Shown here one piece after another: positions 25,591 to 38,914 of a stretch of 64,000 bases of DNA; position 1 is the stretch's first letter; every line of letters begins with the position of its first letter. The position numbers were made by a program, and so were the translations under genes. The stretch spans positions 62,001-126,000 of the forward strand of contig MNCI01000972.1 in NCBI GenBank assembly GCA_015680685.1, in the 5' to 3' direction. The notes under the pieces were generated by a model, which did not search any database, was not told the origin of the DNA, and saw only the letters and a program-made list of their open reading frames with translations. The stretch comes from Gnetum montanum. Taxonomy: Eukaryota > Plantae > Gnetophyta.

Positions 25591-28500
25591 CATAGTTATA
25601 TGATCTCATTTAAGTGAGCAGTTGGCTCGTGATATCATTGAAACCATGTTGCATGAATCAACACAAGACATGTTTGCCTTCATTACTGACATAGATGAGG
25701 GACTTTTAAAAGTTGAGGGAGGCCCTACCGAGGGTCCTAGATCTACTCGTCCCTTGACTCATGTGTGGGAGCTGCCTATTTGTAGTCATTATAACAACAG
25801 CAACACACTTTTTCTAGCCTTCAGCGTGCACACTCTATTCTAAAACCCACCTGGGACAATGTATAGAGTGGACAAGTATGCTTTTTTGTGCTCTACGTAA
25901 TTTTTTGTTTCTTTTAAAATTATATTGTTGTCTATACATAAATATTCTTTTTCTATGTAGGCCTCATTTTGATGAGAATAGGATGCATGATGATGATGAT
26001 GGGCTTGCCTTAGTGCATACAACGTTGGAGACATTCATGGTGGATCCCATTCTTCATGCTGTGGTATTGGACCAGAAAAAATCAGCTATTGTTGACTACC
26101 ATAGGTAGTTTTCAAGGGCTTTTGAACATTTTCAAGTTCGTGGTTGGTTGCACAAGGACTGACCCTCTAATGGGCAAATTTTTCCTCAGAGAATTGATCC
26201 TATACCTAATGTGCCTATGCCATTTACTGATGGTAAATGATCACATTCTAGACTCCATTTTCTCTTTGTTGCATCATCGTGTACTATGTTTCTAACCTTT
26301 CGCTCTATGTTTTGCTACAGCAGTCATTTCTTTAGATAAAGTTACCATCGTATCATGGTGTACTGAGGCCACACTTTTCATGAAATACTGAGAGACAGAA
26401 CAGTCACAACAATGGTTGCAGACGAAGGCCTCTAAGTTGGTCATCAGCCATCTTACCCATGCAGGTTTGATGGACTTGTTCACTGCTTTGACTCCTACTA
26501 TCCCAGCTACTGAAATAATTACCATTGTTGATTCTTTTAGTGATGATGCTTCTCATTTCACTATGTGGGTTCGAGAAGTCAAGGTTTCTTTCCACTTGAC
26601 TACTGAGTTCCTTTCCAGTCTTTCTGGAGTGCCTATGGATGGCGCTAGAGTGGTAGTGGATAAAGCAACCAAAGAAAGCCAAATCATAAAGGAACTTGAA
26701 AACTGGTTAGGTATGTCTTGGAGTCCTAAAGGCTTTGCCATGCAATGGAGGTGAAATTCTTGTACCCTCTCTTTCGGGCACGGGCATTTCCTAAATCTCT
26801 TTCTCAAGGAAAAAACCTTGGGATCGAGTCTGCACGTGTCATATGTGCAGTCTTAGAGATGGGCATGCGTTATAACTGGGCACAGTTTTTTGGATCTAGC
26901 TTTCGTGGAGAGAATGTTAGGTTACATTCAAACATCGATGCCAAATCCCACTTCACATTCACCTTCTTCACGGGGTATCTACGTAGGTTTGTTGAGTTCC
27001 TAGTAGTTTATGGTGATAGCCGTTATATTTTAAGGGATCGTTCACAGTTGTCCCACCCCTAGATTCGTCATTTGTTTAGCACCACTAGATGTCAGGACCC
27101 ACCCAAAGGCATCGAAGAATCAGTGTCTATTACTACTAGGGGTGTAGCTAGTCGTTCACATCATTTCCATGATAGCTTGGGATTGAACCACCTATACTAC
27201 ACACATCTATTAAAGGGGCTGAACATCTAATCCATGAGACCATTGGGAGATCCAAGGCAAAGGTGAAGAGAAATGAATGCCCAAGGAAGCTTGTTGTAGA
27301 GGTGAGATCACCAAGAGCGAAGAGGATCCGCTTTGTACTACCAGTGGAGGGTAAGTATTTTATTTTATATTATATATATATTTGTGTTTAGTTTTTATGT
27401 TTGTTAAACATACGTATATTGTATGTAATACTAATGCTAGGATTCTGGTGTTATCAGAGGAAAGTCCCGAGAGGGAGAGAGAAATCTTGGCCCCAATGGT
27501 TGAGACTGAAGTGATTGTCACAGGGCCAGAGGAAGATGGAAAAGAAAGGGAAGAACCGATTGAAGAACTTCCTATTTTGCAAGAGGAAGATGTAACAAGC
27601 ATCATGGGGATGAAGCTTGCAGAGGCATTGGATGCACTTAAGCATTCAAGCGATGAGAGAGGTGTCCTTGATGGTTTCTTCGATGGATCTTTGCAACTTG
27701 GTGATCTAACCAAGCTTACCAGTAAAGGGCTTTTTAGTATGTTCCTCTTAACTCAATCCATATTTTTGTACCCTTTAATTTTTTATGTGTTGTTCTTGAT
27801 TATCTTGATTATTTCTAGCATCAGAGGTAGATGCTGAGATTTTTGAGGAACATACATCCTAGACGGAGATGTCAGGGTCACAGACCCTAATTGAGCTGAT
27901 CTCCCATGCTTGTCCCACCTCCACTGACCAGCTAAGGTCATGGTCTGAGATGCCTAGTAAAATGGACTTTGTTACAAGCATCGTTAATGATGTGGTTGCT
28001 CGCCTACAACAAGCTCATCCAGAACTAGGTATATGTATGTTATGTATTATGCTAAGTGTCTAGGTTTATTGTGTTTCTTTACGTTCATTTTTTTTANATA
28101 TGTTATGTATTATGCTAAGTGTCTAGGTTTATTGTGTTTCTTTACGTTCATTTTTTTTATTATAGCTGATTCATGTGTGCAGTACTTACACCTGCTGGCA
28201 CCAAGCTTCAATGGGATCCTTCTGAGGCTACTCATATTGATGCCCTTAGTGAATTGCCAGGGAATATTGAGCAAGTCCCTAGAAAGGTCTATGATGCAGT
28301 TTCCAGTAGTGTCGTATAGAACGCTAAGTCACTTTGGACTTGTAGCCATTCAGTTGAGTATCTATGGGACAAGGTGCACTCATTGAAGGAGGCACTAGCA
28401 AAGGAGAGAGAGGAGAAGAGGGATCTCCAATCCCATTATGACTTTGCTGCCACTAGGCTGTCTGGTGATAGTACTTGGCGCACATCTGAAATCACCTATG

Positions 28501-29191
28501 CGTGTTACTAGACAGTTTTAAACAGCAAAGTGCAGGCGACACGGGATCTAGCCAAACAAAGGGCATAGATGGATTTGCTGAATAGGAAATGTCACAATTG
28601 GAAATCCTTTGCTGCTAAAGTATGGAAGTGGGGTCAAGACCAAAAGGACCACAAGCATCAGTACAAGAAATGGTTAAAGGAGAAGTCAGTTGAACATCGC
28701 TGAATGGAAATGTTCATTGATGAGCTTAGCTTGCATCCTGCTTACGATAGGTTTGCCGAGTGCACCAAGGTGGAGGGATCTCCTGAGAGAACCATTACCA
28801 CTGCTTTCGGGGAGGCTTCGACGGGCATGTTCTCTCTTGAGCGTCCTACCTAGACCTTGGTGGACAAGGGTAAAACCTTGGCTAGTATTGATCTTGGCCT
28901 AGAGGAGAATTGGGAAAATGTGCTTGAGGAGGAGATTCTATAGCATTTGGAGGCCAGCCTAAGGCCTTCCTCACTTGTGAGTGTTTTATTATGGCACTTA
29001 TTTTTGTATGGTTTTATTATTTTTATTGGTTAGTATTATTGTTTTTCTTGGTTTTGCATTCATGATTTGCTTTATTACTCTTACCTATTTTTTTTTTGTT
29101 TTGTTATAGGAACATGTTAGCAACCAGTGGAGCAAGAGTGGACGATGAGGAGGATTTTGGGGATCAGCCCCCTCCTCGTACTGATGCATGA
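25591..29191 (+). pseudogene. Intron-containing gene antisense to the Tat element (plant-mobile-domain/transposon-protein-like middle region, acidic linker, C-terminal coiled coil), degenerate
   Basis: Six short AT-rich GT-AG introns: 25876-25960, 26233-26320, 27351-27440, 27722-27818, 28029-28165, 28977-29109. Peptides VSFHLTTEFLSSLSGVPMDG, GMRYNWAQFF, LKEALAKEREEKRDL. In-frame stops and frameshifts are present. Confidence 0.75.
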
Positions 29192-29549
29192 GCTTATTGT
29201 TGATTTGGCTTTAGCTATTAAATGCTTTGGATTTTTGGATGTTTAATGGGAATGTATGTGGTGAAAAGATGTAATGATATGGATCCAATCATTGCATGAT
29301 GTGTTGGAAGTTTATTACCATATTGGCATTCAATATTTTTTATATGTTTGTATGTTTTCTCTTTTTTATTTGTTTTCTCAAGTATTATCGTGAACATATG
29401 CGTGTAGTGAATGTAAAATGAGAAAACAAAACGTGAATCAAATATTTGTAAAAAAGGAAAGTAATGAAAAGGCATGAATCGAAATTATAACTTGTAACCT
29501 GTAAATGAAAATTTAACGTAACATAACGAGAGTTCATGAATTTATAACT

Positions 29550-29868
29550 TGCTAGTTCTAGTTTAAATCCATTTCGGGTCGTGTATATCAATTTAAAGTC
29601 ATGATGGACTATCACATCTATTTTAAAGAAAGAAGGATTACCAGTTTTACGCCATAGTGGGCCGAAAGCAATAACAGTTTTAGGGAGCTTTAAAATAAAG
29701 TGGCCATTTCTGACCGTGGCTAGTTTAACGTCATTGCAAACATTCGCTGGCAATTTAACGTCATACCAGACAATTGGTAGTTTAACATCATTCTGGATGT
29801 TCGATGGCAGTTTAACGTCATACTGGACAATTGGTAGTTTAATGTCAATCCGGATGTGTGGTAGTTCA
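29550..29868. repeat. Degenerate array, core GGYAGTTTAACGTCAT, just downstream of the gag-PR stop
   Basis: Five to six well-spaced units in 29717-29868 plus weaker cores at ~29560, 29590 and 29641. Confidence 0.85.
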
Positions 29869-29870
29869 CC

Positions 29871-32783
29871 CTAACCATTGAGTTGCTTTTTAATCCTTCG
29901 TAGTTTGACATGAGGGGTAGGGTATGTAGGCACAATCTTATACTCACCTTCCCCTTCACTAGTGATGTCAAAGGGTAATTCTGACCAAGGGACATCAGTG
30001 GGAATGGCTCCTATGTTTGTGTTTTCCAGTGCTTCCTCAGTTTTAGCAGGATCATGAGTTAATGTTGAGTTCATGTCTTGAAGTATGCTCATGGTTCCTT
30101 GTTTAGGCTCAAAAAACTCAATTTCTGACCCTTGATCCGTTCCTGAGTGTGAGGAAGTAAGCCATGGTGTCGTATCCCCATGTATGATGATCTCACAACC
30201 CTCGTAAGGTAGGTGGATTTCTTGATGGATTGGTAAGGATACAACTCCAAGTTGAGCTAGCCAAGGACGTCCTAGAATTAGATTGAACCTTGGCATTTCA
30301 TCGACCACTACGAATTCAGCTGACGTAGGGAATTGGTCCCCTGCTATGAAATCCAAGGTGAGCATACCTTTCATTATGCCATTTGGGACACTCTTGTCTA
30401 TGTAGACTTGGTCCATTTGACCCAGCATTCATATCTCTCGTGGAGGGATTTTTGCATTGGTAGCTAGGGGTGTTGAGTTTGGGACCTTGTGAGTGCTGCT
30501 ATTCTTGTCTTGATGACTTGTGTTGGGCTCACCGGTGGATGGAACCATAGGATTAGCATTGAGCAGTATGGGCTTCGGTGGTCCTACTTCGCACTCGTGA
30601 CATTCCTTATCTAGGCGCTCTCATCTTAGCCTATTGGCAAGATGCTCTTGCAGGGGTCGTGGGGGAATAGTAGGGGTTTACGTGTCAGGGTGTTTTGGCA
30701 TCGGAATCACGAAGGGGGTGGGTTGGTTTCCTGATGGTATGGTTGTTGTTGCAATAGAAGGGGGTACGCAGATGAAAAATGATTTTTGTGATGTGGGGAG
30801 CATGCGTATGAGGAAAGGAGTTTGAGGAGATGTTGAGGTAGGTGTATTTTTTGAAAGCCTGTGAATCATAAAATATTTTTGCGGGACGTCCTATCCATTC
30901 TCCACATGGATAGTATTAATCACATATGGTGCACCATTGGTATTGAGAGGGTCTTTGTAGACTCCCATGGGTTGGTTTTGGGGCCTTACTAGGTTTGCGT
31001 CGTCAAATACTATTTCACCTCTATCAATCATGCGTTGTATGTCTTGTTTGAAAGTGAAGTAGTAGTCAGTTCCATGCCCACACCATTGGTGATTTTCACA
31101 AAACCTATCCAACCTAAAGCCTCTTGGAATGGGGGGCTCATTAGCTGTTGCTAAAGCTAGGTTCTTAGCCAACTCACACAATCAATCATGTTTTTGAGAC
31201 ACTAGAAGAGACATTTGTTTATGCTTGATTAACCTAGCCTTTAGAAGTTGATCTAACAATTGTAAAGGCTTCATAGGCAAGGATGTATATTGGGTGGGAT
31301 CCTTGCGTTCGAATGTACTAGTGTGACCCATGTAGGTGTTTTTATTTGAGGAAGATTCTGGTGTAGGTATAGGTGTGGTTCTTTCACGGCCGGTTGGAGC
31401 AACAGGTTGTTTTCCTTTCTGTCTTGGATTGTTAGGTTGGGGTATCTTTGCCACCGCTGCCACCATCATTTTGGATTTATCCTTATCTTTCCTTATATGT
31501 TGGCTCCTAAAGTTTGAGTAGGCTGGTTCGTTACTTGTTTTTGTCACCTCTTCTATGTTCTTAATTTGCACAAACGCTTGACTTAAAGTATGGGCACTCA
31601 AATAATAAAGTTTTGATTTAATAAAATCATTCACGGCTGCTTTAAGGATGGTAAGCATATATGTTTCAGGGATGGGCTCGTGAAGTTCATTCACCGACTC
31701 TAGTGGTGCCTGTTTGATCTTAATTAAGCTATCCAGTGTGGCTTCAAGCTTTAGATTATATTTAAAACATGTAACGAACTAATGTAGCAAATCTTCTAGA
31801 GAGGATATGGAGTTATGGGGTAAAGCTTGGTACTAGTCTAAGGCTCTTCCTATCAGGGACATAGAAAATACCTATAGAATTGCATGAGGCCAGGCTTGAA
31901 GCAATCAACACTCTAGACGGAATGTTACCATATGGGCGTTTGGATCTCCCTCTCCATTGTACTTGGTTAGTTGAGGTAACGAGACTCCCTTTGGCAAGGT
32001 TAATGGTGGAACTGAAGGGTGGATTGGATCATCTTGATAGAAGTCTAGCACCTTGACTTCCTTAGTGTTTGCAGTTTTAAGGTGCTCTAACTCCTTGATT
32101 TATGACTGCATCATTTTTTTTGTGTCTGCCCACTCTTGGGCGGTAGGTAGGCTAGCAGGTTGAGTGGATTGTGATTGATAGTAATTTGATTGTTGCATGG
32201 TTTGTGGAAAGGGAGACTCTTGGATTGTTGGTTGTTGTGGTGAAGTAGCATTTAGAGATGAGATTGTAGGGTGTGGTATGCTATAGTGAGTTGGTTAATG
32301 TTGCTGAATAGCTGGTGGAACCCACTGCCTAGCCATAGGTTGTGAGGTGACACCCTGAACGTGTTAGGCTGAAGTAATCAATGGTGCTCCATGAGTTTGC
32401 ACTTGTGGTATGTAATGGGTGGACGTGGAAGCTGGTATGACAGATGGCATCCCAAGTATTTGAGGTCTGAATATTGATCCTGCATTAGTTTGAGGAGGGG
32501 GCTATCGGGACTGCACTTGCAGAGGTATGATGGAAGTGGACATATCAAATTGAATGTTGGGCATGGGGAAGATGGGAATGGAAGCGGGTACTTCTTGAGT
32601 GTTTGTAGATGAAGGAGGAAGCATAGTTTCTTCCAAGAAAAGTTGGAATAATGAGTTTGCATGGGCATGAGGACTGATGATATGGTATGAATCCCCATGC
32701 TTAGATTGGGCTACAAAATCATCTTCCTCATCACCACTCTGAGGCTCTATCGGAGGTGGCTTTAAGGCTTGACTCCTTGCCAT
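29871..32783 (-). pseudogene. Tat gag and aspartic protease (degenerate)
   Basis: LPQLTKYNGEGDPNAHM, FCENHQWCGHGTDY (CHHC-like), FVVVDEMPRFNLILGRPWL; reading frame ends at 29871. Confidence 0.88.
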
Positions 32784-33118
32784 GAGAAGCTAAGATATGA
32801 GTCAATGACAGTATTTAGAAAAGGGGATTATATCAAATGTTAAGGAAGTGAACTCACAACCTCCTTTGTAAATGAGTTCATAGTTTCGTTTTGCTTCTTT
32901 TTCTACGCAATTAATAGGGAGGTTAGCTTGAATCTTCACACAGATGAAGTTATATTGTTCTAGTGTGAGAATCACATAGGTAGGGTCTTTGCCCTATAGC
33001 CTAAGTGACTGGAGGGTTGGGCCTTGAGGGTTTATCTATTCAATAATAGTTATGGGTTTCGTCGCAGTCACAGGGTTCGAGGTCTCAACCCCAAAGTCAG
33101 AGATCGAGAGTGCCACTA

Positions 33119-35187
33119 TGTTGATCTGGGAAGATTCCATAGTAAGTGTGAATAAATCAAGTTGGACAAGCTAAGTGTGCATAACCTAGGTGGTCAAGCT
33201 AGCGTGAGCAAACTGACAGCATGAGAAAACTGACAGTGTGAGCAAGCTGACAGCATTAGTAACTGACAACATGAGCAAGCCGACAGCGTGAGTTGTCACA
33301 AGCAAGTTGTCAAGCTGGCTTGAGTAACTTGGGTTAGCATGATTAGGTTAAGCTGAGTGTGTGTAAGCTAGTTTGACAAGCTGGACCTTAGTTTCAATAC
33401 TTGGTTTTGTGCAGCATTCGAACAAGTAACGTGATCAACGTTTTGACAGACGGTAAACAAGTTCAGCCCTCTTTCTAGCGCCAATTTACTGTATTTACCG
33501 AAATTGTCGGTGTAAGGCTGAAAGGGAAAAAACAAACACCGAAAGATCATCGGATAGACACAGCTAACCCTACCTTTGTGGGAGGGCAAGCTAGAAAAGA
33601 AAATGAAGGCATAGTCCCTTGGATGGTCTGCACGCAAATCAACCAAGGACTTCCCTGAACGTAAGCTATGGCTTGCACTAAGGTTATCGTAACTAATGTT
33701 CGAAATGTAAATAGTGACATACGAAATGCAAACAAAGCGTATACAGAAATGATATTGTAAGCGAAGCATAAACTAAACTTAAAATAGAGTAAACAATATA
33801 ATGGAAGGCAAAATGAACTGTATTGTATTGCTTAGAATGAATGTGCACTGGTCAAAGCGTAGCTGTGCATGTGATGGCAAGTCAAGTGCTAAGGCTCGGG
33901 GTGATATGCTTGCAGGTCCTTGGATGCTAGGATTCAGGTGCACTCGAGCGTCCAAAAGTTGCCAGTCAGTGTCTCCTAAGCCATCAACCTTTAAAATTTC
34001 CCACCCCATTTATGTGAATGGATGGGGTATTTATAAGGTTAGGCTAGGCTCAGGTGTGGAGTTCATGGGTGAAATCAATGGTTAGGAAATGAAACGAAAA
34101 TGGATCATGTGACAAGTGTTCAATGGACAGCTATGTGTTAATTGGACGTGCATACGCTGGGTACGTTCTTGACCAGATGCACTGTATCTTACAACATGTG
34201 TTGACTTACGCAAGCTAGCTTACACCCATGGAAGCAGATATAATTTGGAGCGTAAGAGCTTGACAAGCTCACAGATGATGAGAATTTAAAATGAAAATGA
34301 TAATGTACAACAAGAGAGATTGACTCCAACTCGCTTAAAACTTCTTAGTCTCTAAATTGATTACTGCAGGATGTTGATTTGAATGGTTTTATGGCTATTT
34401 GAGGCATCTCTATCCCACCAAAGCTTCTAGCGTGAGTTGATTTTGTCTTGGCATGTCCTCAGCGTGTGTTTGGCGTGCTTTTGAGCAGATGTGATCAGTA
34501 CTCACGTTGCACTCATGTTGTCAGCATGACCTCAGCGTGAGTGAGCTAAAAATGACATATTTTACATCAAATTTTGATTTTTGAAGCCTATTTCTTAAGT
34601 ACAGCAATTGCCTAACTATGGTTGACCCTGAGAGTGATCTGCAAGTGTTTTAGACCACTTTTGGTAGATCACGCTGGACTCATGTTGCCAGCGTGACCTC
34701 AGCGTGACCATCAGTGTAAGCTACAAAAACTTGCAATTTTGGACATGAAATTTGGAATTATGAAGACTGGAACTTGAAATTGTCAACAATGAATCCTACG
34801 GATGACTTGCACTCTTGAAATCAAATCATTTTGACTCAGTTTCGAGGCTCTCATAGTTTCTCACGTTACACTCACGCTGCCAGCATGGCCTCAGTGTGAC
34901 CATTAGTGTGAGTGATAAAACTTGTATAATTTAACCCAAAATTTGAACTCCTGAATGCTGAAACTTGGAGTGGACAGCTATGGCCTTTGAGGATGGCTTG
35001 CACCCTTAGGTTGGACCATTTTTTACTTGATTTTGAAGTCATTGGAGTTACTCACATTGAGGGCAAGCTAGCTTGACAAGCTGAGGATGAGTTGCATGCC
35101 TTAGTCAAATGTTTATCTCCCGAAAGCTCGAAGAGGACCTGAGTTGTTCTCGTTTCAAAGTGTTAGGCTGAAATTAGTGGTGCTTCA
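33119..35187 (-). repeat. 5' LTR (~2.07 kb) of the large Tat element
   Basis: + strand starts TGTTGA and ends CTTCA; TATA-like TATAAATA on - at ~34030; internal 17 bp (33200-33292) and ~170-190 bp (34500-35060) repeats. Confidence 0.8.
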
Positions 35188-38100
35188 ATAGTTGTAGCTC
35201 CACCAATAACAAACAAACTGATGGTTTAAAGACCTTTTTTTTTTTTTTGAATCATCTTCTATATTTCTATAAATATATTCTAACACCATGTTGAAGTTTT
35301 TTTAACTGTTAATATAAACCCTTTAGGATCTTTTAACCAAAAAAACTTGGATGCATGAATATAATAATTCAAACAATACACAAAATTAACTATAGTACAA
35401 ATATCTTATTTTTAGACTATAGAATAATTATTATAAAATAATTATACATTTTAACTATAGAATAATTATTCACTTAGTTGTACACTTACGGATGGATTCC
35501 TACTTATGTTTCTATTACTTAGACACATAAAGCTTCTACTCAATCTATTATTCCTTACTTGTGTTTACCTATCACAAATTCTACTTCTATATCAATGTTG
35601 TCTTATATATCTCTCGTTAGAAATATTTCTTTGTATATAAACCTTATCATCTTAATGTCCAATCATTCTTATTCATCCAAAACACACATCCATTCATTTG
35701 GAGAATCATACTCATTGTATTTAATGCCATGAATAAATTGTCTTAAATCTCTATGACTAGAAAATAATTATTTCCCTTTTACATATGAACAAATGCACTT
35801 GATGAATTAACATACAACTTGTTGTTCTTCAATTGATAATGAATTTCTCATATTTTATCTATATGTTGTATTATAGATAAAAAAACAACTCAAACTTAAA
35901 GTTGAATTACCATAGTAACAATCCAAAACCTGTAGAGGAAATGTGAATCAAGGTCTAATAGATTACTTTCTAGTATAGCTAACCACATCATGGCCACCTT
36001 AATCCTCACTGCTATGAGGAGATGCTATGTGATCTTCGTTGTGTCTTCCTTAAGTGCATGAGGAAGACTATTGCCAATTTTTTCTCTAATATGTTTATGT
36101 AGGAAGGTTGTCGCATAGCACTCAACCCTCATATTGATGCTTTGGGATGCCCTCAGAGTGACATGACATATCCTATATGATGAAGACATCTTAAACATCC
36201 ATTTTCCTTCTTAAAGGTGACTAAGACATTCCCTTCCCCAAGGGAGTATAGGCTTGACAAGGCAATAAAATATAGCCAAAGCTTTGTGCTTTGAAAAGTT
36301 CCTTTGGTTATTTTTAATTATCATGTCCCTTGTAATAGTTTAAGTTATTTTTTTGCAATGTTACCATTATGTTCTAAAATGGAATCTAGAAGATTCTAGA
36401 CAAACTTGAAAAAGTAAATTCAAAAAAAGCTCTAGAGGGATATAAAAACCTGTATGAGAGCCTATAAAGAAAAATTGCCTATATGTGTTTGATATGCTCA
36501 TCATAAAACTGCATGCAAAATGACCCCAAGTATCACCATCCAGATCTCTTTGTTTCTCTTTCCCTTCATTCTAATTCCTTCCTCCAAGAACATTCCTTCC
36601 CTCATGAGCAGAGTTGACATTGTATTGACGATTCATTGATTTCTCATCTTTGTATATCCTCAATTCGCTAGATCTAAAATCTTAGCTAGTGACATTCAAT
36701 ACGGTGCCTTTGAGGCTAGAGCACTCTTAGAACAGTTTTAATCCTAAACTTTACCTTTCTTTTTGGTGGCATTTTTGGTAACTCATCAATAAACACATTT
36801 TTGAGTTCATCTACAACTAGACAGTCTAGTAGTGTCTTCTCTTATTGACATTCATTATCACTATTAGCTGCATACAATCTAACCAAAATTGTTGCTTTTG
36901 TTATTTTAATCTCTTACACCATTTGTTTTGCAGAAATAATTTTCTTGAGCAATCCCAAGGCTGATAGAAAATTTTCTGGTTTATTTCTCCATTGTTAATT
37001 TCTATGTAGTTTTGTCCACAATCAATTTTTGCCTTGCTTTTCACCAACCAATCCATACCCAAAATCACATCATATGATCCCAAATTCATAATAAGGAAGT
37101 CCATAACATAAGGTTGATTCATGATTCTTATTTCACAACTAGGCACAAAAAATTCTAAGGCTTTATGGTCACCTAAAGCTAATTCCACTTTTCTTATATA
37201 TGGTAAGATATGAATTTTACTTCCTAATATTTTAACCAACGAATTTGATATAAATGAAGTTGTTGATCCACTGCCAAAAAGGATGGTAACAGACTGAAAA
37301 TGAATGATACCTATCATTTCTTGGACTGATGTTTGATATTGTACTCATGTTGGAACATTTGTTGTAGCATATGAAAGAAAGGCCAACACCACATCAAGCA
37401 ATGCACAAATTTAGGCTTCACAAGAGGTCTCAAGGAATGTAAAAGAAAACCAAACCTAGCACTTCGATACCAAAATGTAACACCCACTCATAGGGAGCAA
37501 GAGCTAACACCCAAAGCCCCCTAAAAAGAAGAAAGTTGAAAGAAGAAAATGCCCAAGTGGCTTTCTTTCTACAACTACCGAACTAGCATTAACCTTTAAA
37601 ATTAAAACAAGATCAATAATGCCTAGATCTACCTCAAAAATAGGTCAATCAATATTAAATTAAGAATTAAGAGATGATTTTTAAAAAGAAATTGACATAG
37701 TAAAATATTTGTGCAAGATTCATTAGATTAAATAAACTCAAACTTTTTATTATTCAACCTAAAAGGAAATATTTAATCAGGATCATTTGCACATTTGTAA
37801 ACCAAAGCAATGACCACATAAGCAAATAAATTAATAATCTCATATTTGTTCAATCACATAATAATATTTTATAATTTCCAGCCACACACAAAAACAAGAT
37901 CTAAATTTAACTCTTCTAACCATTTTACCAGTAATCATTTAATCAGGAAATTCATATGTTCAATAGCAGAGAATAGATGGATCACAATCATAAATTAACA
38001 TCCTAGGTTTTCCCCCACTCTATCAACTTATACAAAGATATTAAAATGAGACTTGAGAAGGTGTAGGAAGAAAATAAGTATAACTCAAGATTTAGATCCA

Positions 38101-38243
38101 AGATTTATGCATTCAAAAGGGGAGGGCTTATCAACCAAATTCCAAGATTTCAACAATTCACGATTATCGATGGGCCCAAGGATACTCTCGCTTTCTGCTG
38201 ATGGTACCAATCCTCACATTAGGGATCCATAGCCCCTGTTGGT

Positions 38244-38562
38244 AATCCTTTTCCAAAAATGCCCCAAATCATTATGGGTGTTTCTAAATCATTATAGAAA
38301 CAACTCTCATCCCACTCTTTCAAGCATGAGAGTGCAGAGGACAAGCAAAGAGATCCAAAAAAAATAAGTCTAAGCTTACAACAACAATCTTGATATTTTC
38401 CTTGGCAATCCTTTGCCAAAAATGCCCCAAATCATTATGGGTGTTTCTGAACCATTACAAAAACAACTCTCATCCCACTCTTTTAGGCATGAGAGTGTAA
38501 AGGTTGGGCAGAAAGATCAAAAAATATAAGTCTAAGCTTATAACAACAATCTTGATATTTTC
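38244..38562. repeat. ~164 bp tandem duplication inside the same LTR
   Basis: aatccttt.ccaaaaatgccccaaatcattatgggtg...acaatcttgatattttc occurs twice. Confidence 0.9.
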
Positions 38563-38914
38563 ATACAAGCATTGCAAAGGTGGTTAAACAAGCAAGAAGA
38601 GAAAAATGTGAGAAAATCAACCCTTACTAGCCATTATCAAACATAACAAAGATGGATCATTTTACCTCCTTGCTTAGATATCTTACTTACTAGGAGGAAT
38701 TATCTGAATATTGGATTGTTATGCCGCACTTGTTTTCTTCCTCTTTGCTATCTCTTGTAGTAGTGACCGTCTTCTCTTCCTTTGCAACCACACTCCTTGT
38801 TGATGTATCCTTTTTTTTTTTTTTGTGCTCTACAAAGCTACTTTTGCCTTGTGTGTGTCCTCTTTTTTCCTCTCCTCCTCTTCCTATTTGTAGGTGGAAT
38901 AAGGGATAATGAAT

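Larger units (their letters stand above)
18189..35187 (-). mobile_element. Large Tat-lineage Ty3/gypsy LTR retrotransposon with archaeal-type RNase H and an internal antisense gene
   Basis: acctgagttgttctcgtttcaaagtgttaggc.gaaattagtggtg occurs at both 18189 and ~35137 (most of the 3' LTR is in the N gap); PPT-like GAGGGGCCAA ~18240-18249; PBS-like TGGCACTCTC at 33106-33115; domain order gag-PR // RT-RH-aRH-INT. Confidence 0.88.

Noticed and set aside
23032-29948. Direct Ogre-type splice from AAG|GTGAGT (~29948, -) to ttggcag|G (23032) joining PR to RT
   Set aside because: The donor is phase 1 and the acceptor phase 2, so the join is out of frame in this copy. It stays testable on a family consensus.
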